A stretch of 20,000 bases of DNA, from positions 57,880 through 77,879 of the forward strand of contig JACRCW010000035.1 of the NCBI GenBank assembly GCA_016218805.1, written 5' to 3'. Positions 1 through 9,013 of this stretch are shown here, piece after piece. How positions within the stretch are numbered: the first letter of the stretch is position 1; every line of letters begins with the position of its first letter. Under the pieces are notes generated by a model. It was given only the letters and a program-made list of their open reading frames with translations. It did no database searches and was not told where the DNA came from. The stretch is from Deltaproteobacteria bacterium. GTDB taxonomy: Bacteria; Myxococcota; JACRCW01. A program made the translations under genes and the position numbers.

Positions 1-1
1 G

Positions 2-223
2 CCGCTCCAGCATCTGTTCAAATGACCGGTACCCCAGCGCCGTGTACAGGCGGTTGTTGTTCAACTCCGTTAACGCCGTGCCAATCTCAAAGAACGCGTC
101 CGTGATGAGCCCCATGTTCCGCTGCACATGCAACAACAGTTCTTCCGCGTGCGCCCGGTCCTGCGCGTGCTCCTGCAGCGCGGCGGCGGGCAGGTGGACC
201 AACTCGTTGCCGGTCTTTGTCAT
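2..223 (-). CDS. Hypothetical protein, N-terminal part (runs off the left edge); resembles myxobacterial DUF3102-like small helical proteins
   Basis: Not in the ORF track. My translation from ATG at 223: MTKTGNELVHLPAAALQEHAQDRAHAEELLLHVQRNMGLITDAFFEIGTALTELNNNRLYTALGYRSFEQMLER, open to the edge. The FFEIG..L.EL...LY.ALGY.SFE pattern is recalled from that family. A sigma70-like promoter lies directly upstream. Confidence 0.7.
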   Translation of the reverse strand, partial: MTKTGNELVHLPAAALQEHAQDRAHAEELLLHVQRNMGLITDAFFEIGTALTELNNNRLYTALGYRSFEQMLER

Positions 224-229
224 GGGTGC

Positions 230-258
230 ACGGTGACCAACAGTGGGCTGGGTGTCAA
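230..258 (-). promoter_or_regulatory. Sigma70-type promoter, probably leaderless, for the gene starting at 223
   Basis: Minus strand TTGACA (258-253), 17 nt, CACCGT (235-230), 6 nt, ATG. No SD sequence. Confidence 0.55.
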
Positions 259-350
259 GCAACAGTGACTGTTGGCTGGCCGCCGCCCGGTTCGGCCGCG
301 TGCGGTGCCGGGTGGCTGCCGGGGCATTGCCAGCTGCTACCCTGCGGCGG

Positions 351-1253
351 ATGAGCAACCTGCGTAACCCTCCCGCCTCACCCGCCGCGGCAATGTCCCA
401 GGCTCCCCGGCCAATCAGGGTCACGCTCCCGAAGGCGCGGCGCACGGCGCGTGCGGCGCAGATCTACGTCCAAGACGATCACCTCTACGGAGTCCCCGGC
501 CTGCATGACCGCGGGCTCCTCGTTGGGAAGGGCCGGGTGGAGGTGGAGGGGTGCCAGTACCGGCGGGGGGCGTTGTGGACCGTGAGCCATTCCGCCATGG
601 CGGCGTCCATCGCCCGCTTTGAGGACCTCTGCCGCGCGCGCGAATTCGCGGCGCTGCTCTGCCGTCTGGGACGCTTTGACCTGCAGTGGAAGACGGTGCA
701 CGGCAACAGCGAAACCCTCTGCCATCACGAGTTGGACAAGCCGTTTGTCGAACGCAGGAGACTGCAGATGGGGCGCGGACCCGTCACGGTTCCGTCCGAC
801 CTCTGCGGTGTATTCATACCGGACCCGGAGGGCGGCCTCCTCGTCGTCCGACGACACCCGACCGGCGAAATGGCCGTTTCCTTGGGGGTGGGCATGGGGG
901 CCGGGGTCCTCGCGGCTGTCGCGGGTCCGCCCTGGCCGGAGGCGGGTGTCGCCCTGGTCGGGCTTTCGGCGCTGTTGGCGGCAAACTCCGCCATGTTGTT
1001 GATGAGGACGCTCAACCAGCCGCAGTATCGCATTCACCGCGGTGGCGTGTCCGCGTGTTCCCCGCACATGACCGGCCTGTGGCACCTTCCCGCCCGCAGC
1101 ATTGAGAGCGTGTTTGTCGAGGGAAACTGTATCCAGCTCATTGGCGACGGGTGGGTGCGTACCCTACCGATCGGCGTCTTTGCCGGGGCTGGCCGGATCA
1201 TGCCGTTGGTTGCCGCGGCTCTGTGCGGGCAGCAGTTTGAACCCGGCCCATGA
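351..1253 (+). CDS. Hypothetical membrane protein (two adjacent hydrophobic helices, then a beta-rich C-terminal domain)
   Basis: Track ORF 243..1253. ATG 351 preferred because TGcTACCCT (extended -10) ends 7 nt upstream; ATG 393 is an alternative. Hydrophobic segments AVSLGVGMGAGVLAAVAG and AGVALVGLSALLAANSAMLLM. Confidence 0.55.
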   Translation: MSNLRNPPASPAAAMSQAPRPIRVTLPKARRTARAAQIYVQDDHLYGVPGLHDRGLLVGKGRVEVEGCQYRRGALWTVSHSAMAASIARFEDLCRAREFAALLCRLGRFDLQWKTVHGNSETLCHHELDKPFVERRRLQMGRGPVTVPSDLCGVFIPDPEGGLLVVRRHPTGEMAVSLGVGMGAGVLAAVAGPPWPEAGVALVGLSALLAANSAMLLMRTLNQPQYRIHRGGVSACSPHMTGLWHLPARSIESVFVEGNCIQLIGDGWVRTLPIGVFAGAGRIMPLVAAALCGQQFEPGP

Positions 1254-1409
1254 CGTCACACGCCACGCCGTGCGCCGCCCAGCGCCCGTGGGATGCGCCG
1301 TCTGGCGGCCTGGTCTTGCCCCGGCGCCCGTCTGCCGTATTTGCACCCCCACCACCCGAGGGTTACGCCACGAACCGTGGCGCGTGGGGACGCGCCGGGA
1401 GGACGCACC

Positions 1410-3173
1410 GTGGAGATCAGCAACCAGCACCTGTTGGCGTGGGTGGAGGAAGTCCGGCGGCTGTGCAAGCCGGAGCAGGTCGTCATGTGCGACGGGAGCG
1501 AGGCGGAGCGGGAGCGGCTGGTCAAGGAGTGCGTTTCCGCCGGTGAGCTCATTGCACTCAACCAGGACAAGCTGCCGGGCTGCTACCTGCACCGCAGCGC
1601 GCCGCATGACGTGGCCCGCACGGAGCAACTGACGTTTGTGTGCACGCCCACGCGCGCGGAGACCGGCACACTGGCCAACTGGATGTCCCCGGAGGACGCG
1701 CGCACCAAGCTCACCGCGTTGTACGACGGTGCCATGCGCGGCCGGGTCATGTACGTGATCCCGTTCCTGATGGGCCCGCCGGGCAGCACGTTCAGCAAGG
1801 TGGGCGTGGAGATCACGGACAGCCGCTACGTCGTGTTGAACATGCGCATCATGACGCGTGTGGGCGCGCCGGCGCTCCAGCACCTGGGGGATTCGGGTGA
1901 TTTCACGCGCTGCCTGCACAGCCTGGGTGACCTGTCCCCGGAACGCCGCTTCATCTGCCACTTCCCGCAGGACAACACCGTGTGGTCCGTGGGGTCCGGC
2001 TACGGCGGCAACGCGCTGCTGGGCAAGAAGTGCATGGCGCTGCGCATCGCGTCGTACCTGGGGCGCAAGGAGGGCTGGCTGGCGGAGCACATGCTCGTGG
2101 TGGGCGTGCAGCGCCCGGATGGGAAGGTGCGCTACCTCACCGGTGCGTTCCCGTCAGCGTGCGGCAAGACCAACCTGGCCATGCTGGTGCCGCCGCAGAA
2201 CTTTGCGGGCTGGAAGGTGTGGACCGTGGGGGATGACATTGCGTGGCTGCGCCCGGGCCCGGACGGGCGCCTGTGGGCGGTCAACCCGGAGGCCGGGTTC
2301 TTTGGCGTGGTGCCGGGTACGTCCTCCAAGACCAATCCCAACGCCATGGAAATGATTCGCCGCAATACCATCTACACCAACGTGGCGCTGCGCCCTGACG
2401 GCACCGTATGGTGGGAGGGCCACGACGATCCGCCGCCGGAGCGCTGCCTGGACTGGCAGGGCCGCGAGTGGACCCCCGCGTCCAAGGAAAAGGCCGCGCA
2501 TCCCAACTCGCGCTTTACCGTGTCCGCCACGCAATGCCGGTCCATCAGTCCCGAGTTTGACAACCCCCGCGGCGTGCCCATTGACGCCATCCTGTTCGGC
2601 GCGCGGCGGCGTGACACCATTCCGCTGGTATTTGAAGCCCGCAATTGGCAGCACGGGACGTTCCTGGGCGCCACGCTGACGTCGGAAACCACGGCCGCCG
2701 CCACCGGCGCGGTGGGCGTGCTGCGGCGTGACCCCATGGCCATGCTCCCGTTCCTGGGTTACGACGTGGGCGACTACTGGCAGAACTGGCTGGACGTGGG
2801 CAGCCGGCTCACCCGCCCGCCGCGCGTGTTCCGCGTGAACTGGTTCCGCACCGGCCCGGACGGCAACTTCCTGTGGCCCGGTTTTGGCGACAACATGCGC
2901 GTGCTCAAGTGGGTGATTGACCGCTGCGACGACCGGGCCGCCGGCTCTGAGACCTGCATTGGCACCGTGCCCGCGCGCAACGCGCTGGACCGCCAGGGGC
3001 TGGACCTCAAGGACGCCGCTCTGGACGCGCTGCTGCGCGTGGACCCCGTGGAATGGAGCCAGGCCGTCTCCGCCCAGGCGGAGTTCCTGGTCAACGCGGG
3101 GGACCGCGTACCGCCCGCCATCCGCGCGGAGCACGCCCGGCTGGCCGCCCGCGTCCGCGAAGCCCTGCCGTGA
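1410..3173 (+). CDS. pckG: Phosphoenolpyruvate carboxykinase (GTP-dependent)
   Basis: Motifs GSGYGGNALLGKKC, WLAEHML, FPSACGKTNLAM, VGDDIAW, NPEAGFFGV, AHPNSRF, DPMAMLPF, VNWFR, WPGFGDNMRVL. GTG at 1410 follows SD GGAGGA (1398-1403). Confidence 0.97.
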   Translation: MEISNQHLLAWVEEVRRLCKPEQVVMCDGSEAERERLVKECVSAGELIALNQDKLPGCYLHRSAPHDVARTEQLTFVCTPTRAETGTLANWMSPEDARTKLTALYDGAMRGRVMYVIPFLMGPPGSTFSKVGVEITDSRYVVLNMRIMTRVGAPALQHLGDSGDFTRCLHSLGDLSPERRFICHFPQDNTVWSVGSGYGGNALLGKKCMALRIASYLGRKEGWLAEHMLVVGVQRPDGKVRYLTGAFPSACGKTNLAMLVPPQNFAGWKVWTVGDDIAWLRPGPDGRLWAVNPEAGFFGVVPGTSSKTNPNAMEMIRRNTIYTNVALRPDGTVWWEGHDDPPPERCLDWQGREWTPASKEKAAHPNSRFTVSATQCRSISPEFDNPRGVPIDAILFGARRRDTIPLVFEARNWQHGTFLGATLTSETTAAATGAVGVLRRDPMAMLPFLGYDVGDYWQNWLDVGSRLTRPPRVFRVNWFRTGPDGNFLWPGFGDNMRVLKWVIDRCDDRAAGSETCIGTVPARNALDRQGLDLKDAALDALLRVDPVEWSQAVSAQAEFLVNAGDRVPPAIRAEHARLAARVREALP

Positions 3174-3189
3174 CGCGGCCGGGTCTTCC

Positions 3190-5481
3190 TCAGAACACGA
3201 ATTCCCCGCCCTGCGCCCGCACCGCCGTCACCGCCGCCAGGTTCACAATGTCCTGCACCGGCGCGTTGTTCTGCATCACCGTCACCGGCTTGTTCATGCC
3301 CAGCAGCAAGGGACCAATCACCTCGGCGCCGCCAAACCGCCACAGGAGCTTGTAGGCAATGTTGGCGGAGGCCAGGCCCGGGAACACCAGCACGTTGGCG
3401 TCATCCTTCAGTGAGCAGAACGGGTAGCGCGCCTCGCGCTCTTCGCGCACCAGCGCCGCGTCCACCTGCATCTCACCGTCCATCTCCAGGTCCGGCCGCA
3501 TGGCCCGCGCCAGCTCCGCCGCCTTGCGCATGCGCTGCGGAATGGGCCCCTCCGCATCCCCAAAATTGGAATAGGACAGAAATGCGACGCGCGGCTTCAC
3601 GTCGAAATATCGGGCCAATTCCGCGGTGGCAATGGCAATGTCCGCCAGGTGCTCCGGCGCCGGGTCCGGGTTGACCGTGCAGTCCGCAAAGAACTTGAAA
3701 TCATTGCGCTGCACGACGATGTACACGCCGCCCACGCGCCGGCCGGGCCGCGTGCGGATGACCTGCAGCGGCGGCCGGATGGCCTCCGGGTAGCTCTGCA
3801 CCATGCCGGTGACCAGCCCGTCCGCGTCACCCATCTCCACCATCATGGAGCCGAAATAGCCGCGCCGCTGCATGCGCGCCATGGCGTATTCGCGCGTGAC
3901 GCCGCTGCGCTGGCGCGCCTTCCAGAACGCCTCCGTGTAGCGCACCAGGTCCGGGCTGCTCACCGGGTCCACCACGGGGACGTCCTTGAGCTCATCCGCA
4001 ATGTGCAGCTCCGTCATGGTCCGCTTCACGGCGTCACGGTTGCCCAGCAGGATGGGCTTGCACAGCCCTTCCTCCAGCGCAATGCGCGCCGCCTGCAGCA
4101 CGCGCGGGTGTTCGCCGTCATTGAACGCAATGCGCTTGGACACCTTGCGCGCCCGCGTGAACACGGTGGACATGACCTGGTGGCTGCGGGACTGCATCTT
4201 CATCAGCCGTTCACGGTACGCGGGCAGTTCCACCTTCACGCGCGCCACGCCGGACTCCATGGCGGCGCGCGCCACGGCCGGCGCCACCCACAGCAGCACG
4301 CGCGAATCAAACGGTTTGGGAATGATGTAGTCCGGCCCGAACTTGAAGCGCTCGCCGCCGTACGCGCGCGACACGCTGTCCGGCACGTCCTCGCGCGCCA
4401 GGTCCGCCAGCGCGCGGGACGCGGCCAGCTTCATCTCCTCATTGATGCGCCGCGCACGGGTGTCCAGCGCGCCACGGAAGATGAACGGGAAGCCCAGCAC
4501 GTTGTTGACCTGGTTGGGATAGTCACTGCGGCCCGTCGCCACAATCGCGTCCGGCCGCGCTTCGCGCGCTTCCGGGTAGCCAATCTCCGGGTCCGGGTTG
4601 GCCAGCGCAAAGATGATGGGCTTGGGTGCCATCCGCTTGAGCATCTCCGGCGTCACCAGGCCCTTGACGGACGCGCCCAGGAACACGTCCGCGCCTTCCA
4701 GCGCCTCCGCCAGCGTGCGCGCGCGCGTGTCCCGCACGTACGGTTCCTTCCACGCGTTGATCCCGTCAGTGCGGCCCTTGTGCAGCACGCCCTTGGTGTC
4801 CACCATCAGGACGTTCTCCACCTTCACGCCCAGCCGCACCCAGAAGTTGGTGCACGCCAGCGCGGAGGCACCCGCGCCGGAGGTCACCACGCGCACCTTG
4901 GAGATGTCCTTGCCCTGCAGGTGCACCGCGTTGAGCAGCGCTGCGCCGGAGATGATCGCCGTGCCGTGCTGGTCGTCGTGAAAGACGGGGATTTCCATCT
5001 CATCCTGCAGCCGCTTCTCAATGACAAAGCACTCCGGCGCCTTGATGTCCTCCAGGTTGATGCCGCCAAAGGTGGGCTCCAGCGCCTTGACCACGGTGCA
5101 GAATTTGTCCACCTCCTTGGCGTCCACGTTCAGGTCAAACACGTCAATGTCCGCAAACTTCTTGAACAGCACGCCCTTGCCTTCCATGACGGGCTTGCCC
5201 GCGTACGGGCCAATGTCTCCCAGGCCCAGCACCGCCGTCCCGTTGGAGATGACCGCCACCAGGTTCCCGCGCGCCGTGTACGTGTAGGAGAGGTCCTTGT
5301 CCTTGGCGATCTCCAGGCACGGCTCGGCGACGCCCGGCGTGTACGCGAGCGACAGGTCCCGCGCAGTGGCGGTGGGCTTGGTGGGAACGACCTCGATTTT
5401 CCCGGGGCGCCCCTGGGAGTGGTATTCCAACGCATCTTCGCGGCGGATCTTGCGGGACATGGGCGTGAACGAGGTGGCCAT
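3190..5481 (-). CDS. maeB: NADP-dependent malic enzyme fused to a C-terminal phosphotransacetylase-like domain
   Basis: [73 protein letters not shown]-like tail [39 protein letters not shown] upstream. Confidence 0.97.
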   Translation of the reverse strand: MATSFTPMSRKIRREDALEYHSQGRPGKIEVVPTKPTATARDLSLAYTPGVAEPCLEIAKDKDLSYTYTARGNLVAVISNGTAVLGLGDIGPYAGKPVMEGKGVLFKKFADIDVFDLNVDAKEVDKFCTVVKALEPTFGGINLEDIKAPECFVIEKRLQDEMEIPVFHDDQHGTAIISGAALLNAVHLQGKDISKVRVVTSGAGASALACTNFWVRLGVKVENVLMVDTKGVLHKGRTDGINAWKEPYVRDTRARTLAEALEGADVFLGASVKGLVTPEMLKRMAPKPIIFALANPDPEIGYPEAREARPDAIVATGRSDYPNQVNNVLGFPFIFRGALDTRARRINEEMKLAASRALADLAREDVPDSVSRAYGGERFKFGPDYIIPKPFDSRVLLWVAPAVARAAMESGVARVKVELPAYRERLMKMQSRSHQVMSTVFTRARKVSKRIAFNDGEHPRVLQAARIALEEGLCKPILLGNRDAVKRTMTELHIADELKDVPVVDPVSSPDLVRYTEAFWKARQRSGVTREYAMARMQRRGYFGSMMVEMGDADGLVTGMVQSYPEAIRPPLQVIRTRPGRRVGGVYIVVQRNDFKFFADCTVNPDPAPEHLADIAIATAELARYFDVKPRVAFLSYSNFGDAEGPIPQRMRKAAELARAMRPDLEMDGEMQVDAALVREEREARYPFCSLKDDANVLVFPGLASANIAYKLLWRFGGAEVIGPLLLGMNKPVTVMQNNAPVQDIVNLAAVTAVRAQGGEFVF

Positions 5482-5614
5482 GCTGCCTCCAGTGGCTCCG
5501 TCGTCACCGACGGGGCGCGGACGCTGGCACGGCAGCGCGGGGCAGGCAACACCCGCCGCGGCGGTTCAAAGCTCGCGTCCGCCCTCGCGGTTGGCCGGCC
5601 AAGCCCGGGGAGGT

Positions 5615-7546
5615 TCACTCCGCCGGGGCCGCGGCCACGGCGGGGAAGAACTGCTGCTTGGGGCCAATCTCGTGGCCCGCGGGGATGGGCGTGCCCAGGT
5701 GGTCCACCCGGAAGACGTCCGCCGGCAGGCGCAGGGACTCGCGCAGGCGCTCCATGGTGGAGGGGGCAAACGGGTAGAGCATGATCATCAGGTTCTTCAG
5801 CACGTAGAAGCACGAATACAGCGCATTCCGCCGCGCCTCCTCGGGGTGGCGGTCGTCGTGCGGCTTGAACTGCGTGAACAGGCTGTTGATGGTGCGCGCG
5901 TAGTTCTCCACCTCAAACAGCAGCGTGGAGTAGTCCGCGCGGGTCATGCCCCGGGTGTAACGCTCCACCATGCGGATGGTGTCGGTAACCACCTTCTCCA
6001 GCAGCACGCCCTCAGGCACGCGCCCGCCAAACTTGCTGTGCACCGCGGAGATGGGCTTCTCAAACGCGGCATTCATGGGCCCGGCGAGGAACCTGTTGCG
6101 CTCGTCGAGCGTGCTCAACTCGAAATTGGACGATTTGTCCGACAGCCCCAGCAGCGCCAGGTAGTAGCGCACCTGGTCCGGGTGGTAGCCCTTCTCGTCG
6201 AGAAGTTGGTCGCCCGTGTAGAAGTTGCCGCGCGACTTGGACATCTTTTCGCCGCCCACCATGAGGTGGTAGCAGCCGAACACGTCGGTGAGTTGCAGGT
6301 CGCCCGTGCCGGGGAGCCGGTCGGGGTGGTCGGTGGTGCCCAGCCACATGGCGCCCTGCATGAGCACGTAGAAGAACACGTTGTCCTGGCCCAGGAACTG
6401 GTAGATGCGGGCGTCGGTGTCCTTCCAGAACTCGGCGTGGCGGGCGGGGTCCTGCCCTTTCTGGGTGAGCGCCACCTGCGAGAATGAAATGGGTGCAATC
6501 AACGAATCCGGCCATACGTACAGCGTCTTGCCGGCGAGTTCCGGGTCCAGGTCCGCCGGCACCGGGATGCCCCAGCTCACGTCGCGCGTGATGGAGCGGT
6601 GCGCCCAGTCGTCGGAGACCTCGTTGGGAATGCCGCGCTTGGACAGTTCCGCGCGGCCCGTCTCCATGTCCGCCCGGTTGCCAAACTGCAGCGCCACCTT
6701 CGTGCCGGGCGCGTACTTGCTCTTGTGTTTGGGGAGTTCGGTCTTGAATTCCTTGTATTTCGCCTCGTGCACGTTGTCGAACCGCAGCGTGGGGAGCACG
6801 CGGCCCAGCACCTCAGTGAGCACGGAGGGGCGCCAGGTCTTCTCCTTGCCTTCAATCCACACGCGCATGGTTTCGGACACTTTGGACATGTCCAGCCACC
6901 AGTGCACGGTGTCCTTCATGACGGGCTTGGCGTCGGACAGCGTGCTGCGCGGGTCAATCAGCTCGGTAGGCGCGTACTGCCGGCCGCACACTTCGCACTC
7001 GTCCGAATAGGCGTCTTTGTTCTCGCACTTGGGATTGGGGCAGCGGCCGCGGACCAGGCGGTCCGGGAGGAAGCGCTGGAGCTTGGGGTCAAACCACTGC
7101 TGGCTGGCGCGTTTTTCCAGCATGCCGTTGTGGTGCAGGCGCCGGAGGAACCACTGGCAGAGTTCCTTGTGGATGGGGAAGCACTCAGGGCGCGAGGTAC
7201 CCGTGTACGTGTCCAGCCCGATGGCAAAGCGGTCCAGCGTGCGCTTCTGCTTGACGTGGATGCCGTCAATGAAGTCGCGGATGGGGACGCCCGCCTGCAG
7301 CGCGGCGACTTCGCTGGTGGAGCCGTGGTCATCCGTGCCGCACACGAACAGCACGTTCTCCCGTCCGATGAGCATGCCCATCCAGCGCGCGTGGATGTCC
7401 GCGGGGACGTGGGCGCCGGCCAGGTGGCCCAGGTGGAGCGGGCCGTTGGCGTAGGGCATGCCGGCGGTGACGACGGCGCGTTTGGGGCGATAGACGCGCT
7501 GGAGGACGGCCGCGACGTCAGCGGGAGCATTGGGATGCGTTGCCAT
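5615..7546 (-). CDS. metG: Methionine--tRNA ligase (class I), no C-terminal Trbp111/OB domain
   Basis: PYANGPLHLGH (HIGH), CGTDDHG, Zn knuckle CPNPKC...CEVC, SITRD..WGIPVP, LYVWPDS, FLGQDN, KMSKSRGN. Confidence 0.96.
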   Translation of the reverse strand: MATHPNAPADVAAVLQRVYRPKRAVVTAGMPYANGPLHLGHLAGAHVPADIHARWMGMLIGRENVLFVCGTDDHGSTSEVAALQAGVPIRDFIDGIHVKQKRTLDRFAIGLDTYTGTSRPECFPIHKELCQWFLRRLHHNGMLEKRASQQWFDPKLQRFLPDRLVRGRCPNPKCENKDAYSDECEVCGRQYAPTELIDPRSTLSDAKPVMKDTVHWWLDMSKVSETMRVWIEGKEKTWRPSVLTEVLGRVLPTLRFDNVHEAKYKEFKTELPKHKSKYAPGTKVALQFGNRADMETGRAELSKRGIPNEVSDDWAHRSITRDVSWGIPVPADLDPELAGKTLYVWPDSLIAPISFSQVALTQKGQDPARHAEFWKDTDARIYQFLGQDNVFFYVLMQGAMWLGTTDHPDRLPGTGDLQLTDVFGCYHLMVGGEKMSKSRGNFYTGDQLLDEKGYHPDQVRYYLALLGLSDKSSNFELSTLDERNRFLAGPMNAAFEKPISAVHSKFGGRVPEGVLLEKVVTDTIRMVERYTRGMTRADYSTLLFEVENYARTINSLFTQFKPHDDRHPEEARRNALYSCFYVLKNLMIMLYPFAPSTMERLRESLRLPADVFRVDHLGTPIPAGHEIGPKQQFFPAVAAAPAE

Positions 7547-7552
7547 GGCGGC

Positions 7553-7582
7553 AAGCTATCCCGGTGCGCCGCGCGGGGACAA
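7553..7582 (-). promoter_or_regulatory. Sigma70-type leaderless promoter of metG
   Basis: Minus strand TTGTCC (7582-7577), 18 nt, TAGCTT (7558-7553), 6 nt, ATG 7546. No SD. Confidence 0.55.
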
Positions 7583-7604
7583 GGAGTGTCGTCGACAGTT
7601 CCTG

Positions 7605-7661
7605 CCTCCCCCCGCTTGCGGGGGGAGGTCGGGCGATGCGGAGCATCGCCCGGGTGGGGGG
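7605..7661. repeat. Double-hairpin intergenic palindromic element (CIR/RIME-like); may also terminate the triheme cytochrome transcript
   Basis: CCTCCCCCCGC-TT-GCGGGGGGAGG (7605-7628, 11-bp stem), then CGGGCGATGC-GGA-GCATCGCCCG (7630-7652, 10-bp stem), then GGTGGGGGG. Confidence 0.7.
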
Positions 7662-7755
7662 TCTTGCTACCGCGCGCCGGGACTCCAGAGATGTCAGAGG
7701 ATTTGCCCGGCGCGAATGCCGGTCTGATTATTATGTTGCCACCCCTGTGCGAGCG

Positions 7756-8613
7756 CTACTTCCCGTCCAGCTGGGCCTGCATGTACGCGGCGGGCATGTG
7801 CAGTTGGTGGCACGGGATGCAGGAGCGGGCGCTGACGGCGTCAATGACCTTCTTGTAATCCGCCTGGTCGGCCACCTTGCGTTTGACCAGGCCGCCCATC
7901 TTCATGAGTTCGCCCTTGACCACGCGGTCCACAAAGTACTCGCGCGGTTCCTGGTGGCAGTTTTCGCACGACGCCTCCAGCACGCCGAACTGGGTCATGA
8001 TCTCCTTCTGGTGCAACGCGGCGCCGTCAAAGTCCCCGCGGGCCACGCTGGTGGGGAGGGCGGACATGCGGTTGGACAGTTCAATCATGTTGTCGTGGAA
8101 GGGGACCTCTTCGTCACGCGCGTTCTTGGCTGCCACCTTGGCAAAGCGCGGCCAGTGGTAGAGCGCCTGCACGCGAAACAGTTCGCGGACGTGGCAGTGG
8201 GTGCAGTTGGTCTCCACCTCTTTCATGAGCGGCTCCAATGTGGCGCGCTCGCCGTTTTCCGCCGCGGCCTTCTTCAGGTTGGCGACGACGATCTTGGGGA
8301 AATACGGGCCCCATTCGGGCACCATGGCGGAGACCTTTTCATACTGCGCGGCGAAGGCCTCCACTTCCTTGGCAATGGCCGGATTCTTCCCGCCCTTGGG
8401 CGGGAGCGCGCGGACATCCATGGTGAGCGAACCCATCAACCGCCCCAGTTCCAGCATCTCCAGGGTGTACGGACGCTGCCGGTTCACGGGTGGGTAATAT
8501 TTGTCCAACGACTTGGGCGGACCTTTGCGTTCCTCGGCCGAGAAGCCCGGCTGGCCCGCCAGCGTGAGCAGCCCGGCCGCCGTCAGGATGGCCAGTGACA
8601 GGTTGCGCTTCAT
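7756..8613 (-). CDS. Periplasmic triheme c-type cytochrome, predicted all-helical (cytochrome c'-like bundles)
   Basis: True start ATG 8613 (MKRNLSLAILTAAGLLTLAGQPGFSA, Sec signal) after SD GGAGGTG. Three CxxCH motifs: CTHCH, CENCH, CIPCH. 285 aa. Confidence 0.9.
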   Translation of the reverse strand: MKRNLSLAILTAAGLLTLAGQPGFSAEERKGPPKSLDKYYPPVNRQRPYTLEMLELGRLMGSLTMDVRALPPKGGKNPAIAKEVEAFAAQYEKVSAMVPEWGPYFPKIVVANLKKAAAENGERATLEPLMKEVETNCTHCHVRELFRVQALYHWPRFAKVAAKNARDEEVPFHDNMIELSNRMSALPTSVARGDFDGAALHQKEIMTQFGVLEASCENCHQEPREYFVDRVVKGELMKMGGLVKRKVADQADYKKVIDAVSARSCIPCHQLHMPAAYMQAQLDGK

Positions 8614-8797
8614 GAGACACCTCCGTGGAAGAACGGCATGGGCTGCCCACCCCGATTGGGGCCGGCAGGATGTGGCGAAGCAGTGCGGATGCGATTCTGT
8701 TCCCGCGGGGTCTGGCCCGCGCGACGCAAGTGAGTGCCGCGCAACTGCAGCACGACCACCGACGGCACGGTGCCGGCGAGCAGGCGCTCCGGACCAG

Positions 8798-8987
8798 TGC
8801 GTCGTTGGGCGGGGGCTTGTCCCCCGCCCACGGAGGCGCTGGGGCGTCCTGGCGCGGACAGGTTCGGCCACGCCGCAGGAAGCGGATTGGGAACCTTGCT
8901 TCCGGGCGTACGCGGGGCCGTGTGGCCGCTGGCGCGCCCGCGCTCGAGGGGACCTGGGCGGGGGACAAGCCCCCGCCCTACAACGCA
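8798..8987. repeat. Inverted pair of 32-bp REP-like palindromes (REPIN/BIME-like doublet)
   Basis: 8798-8829 TGCGTCGTTGGGCGGGGGCTTGTCCCCCGCCC on +; 8956-8987 reads TGCGTTGTAGGGCGGGGGCTTGTCCCCCGCCC on -. Two mismatches, 126-bp spacer, GTAG + hairpin architecture. Confidence 0.85.
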
Positions 8988-9013
8988 CCTGAGGCACGCA
9001 CCCGCCTGGGCGG

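Noticed and set aside
7714..7741. TTATGTTG resembling the XerD arm of a dif site
   Set aside because: No XerC-like arm (..ATAA) at 6-bp spacing and the arm end diverges from TTATGTTAAAT.
3649..7858. Long + strand ORFs (3649..5784, 5297..6487, 6599..7858) and similar antisense ORFs across the window
   Set aside because: Shadow frames opposite well-supported genes, expected at high GC; no recognisable motifs.
8725..8739. Sigma54-like CGGCACTCACTTGCG upstream of the triheme cytochrome (minus strand)
   Set aside because: GG-to-GC spacing is 9 nt, not the strictly required 10.
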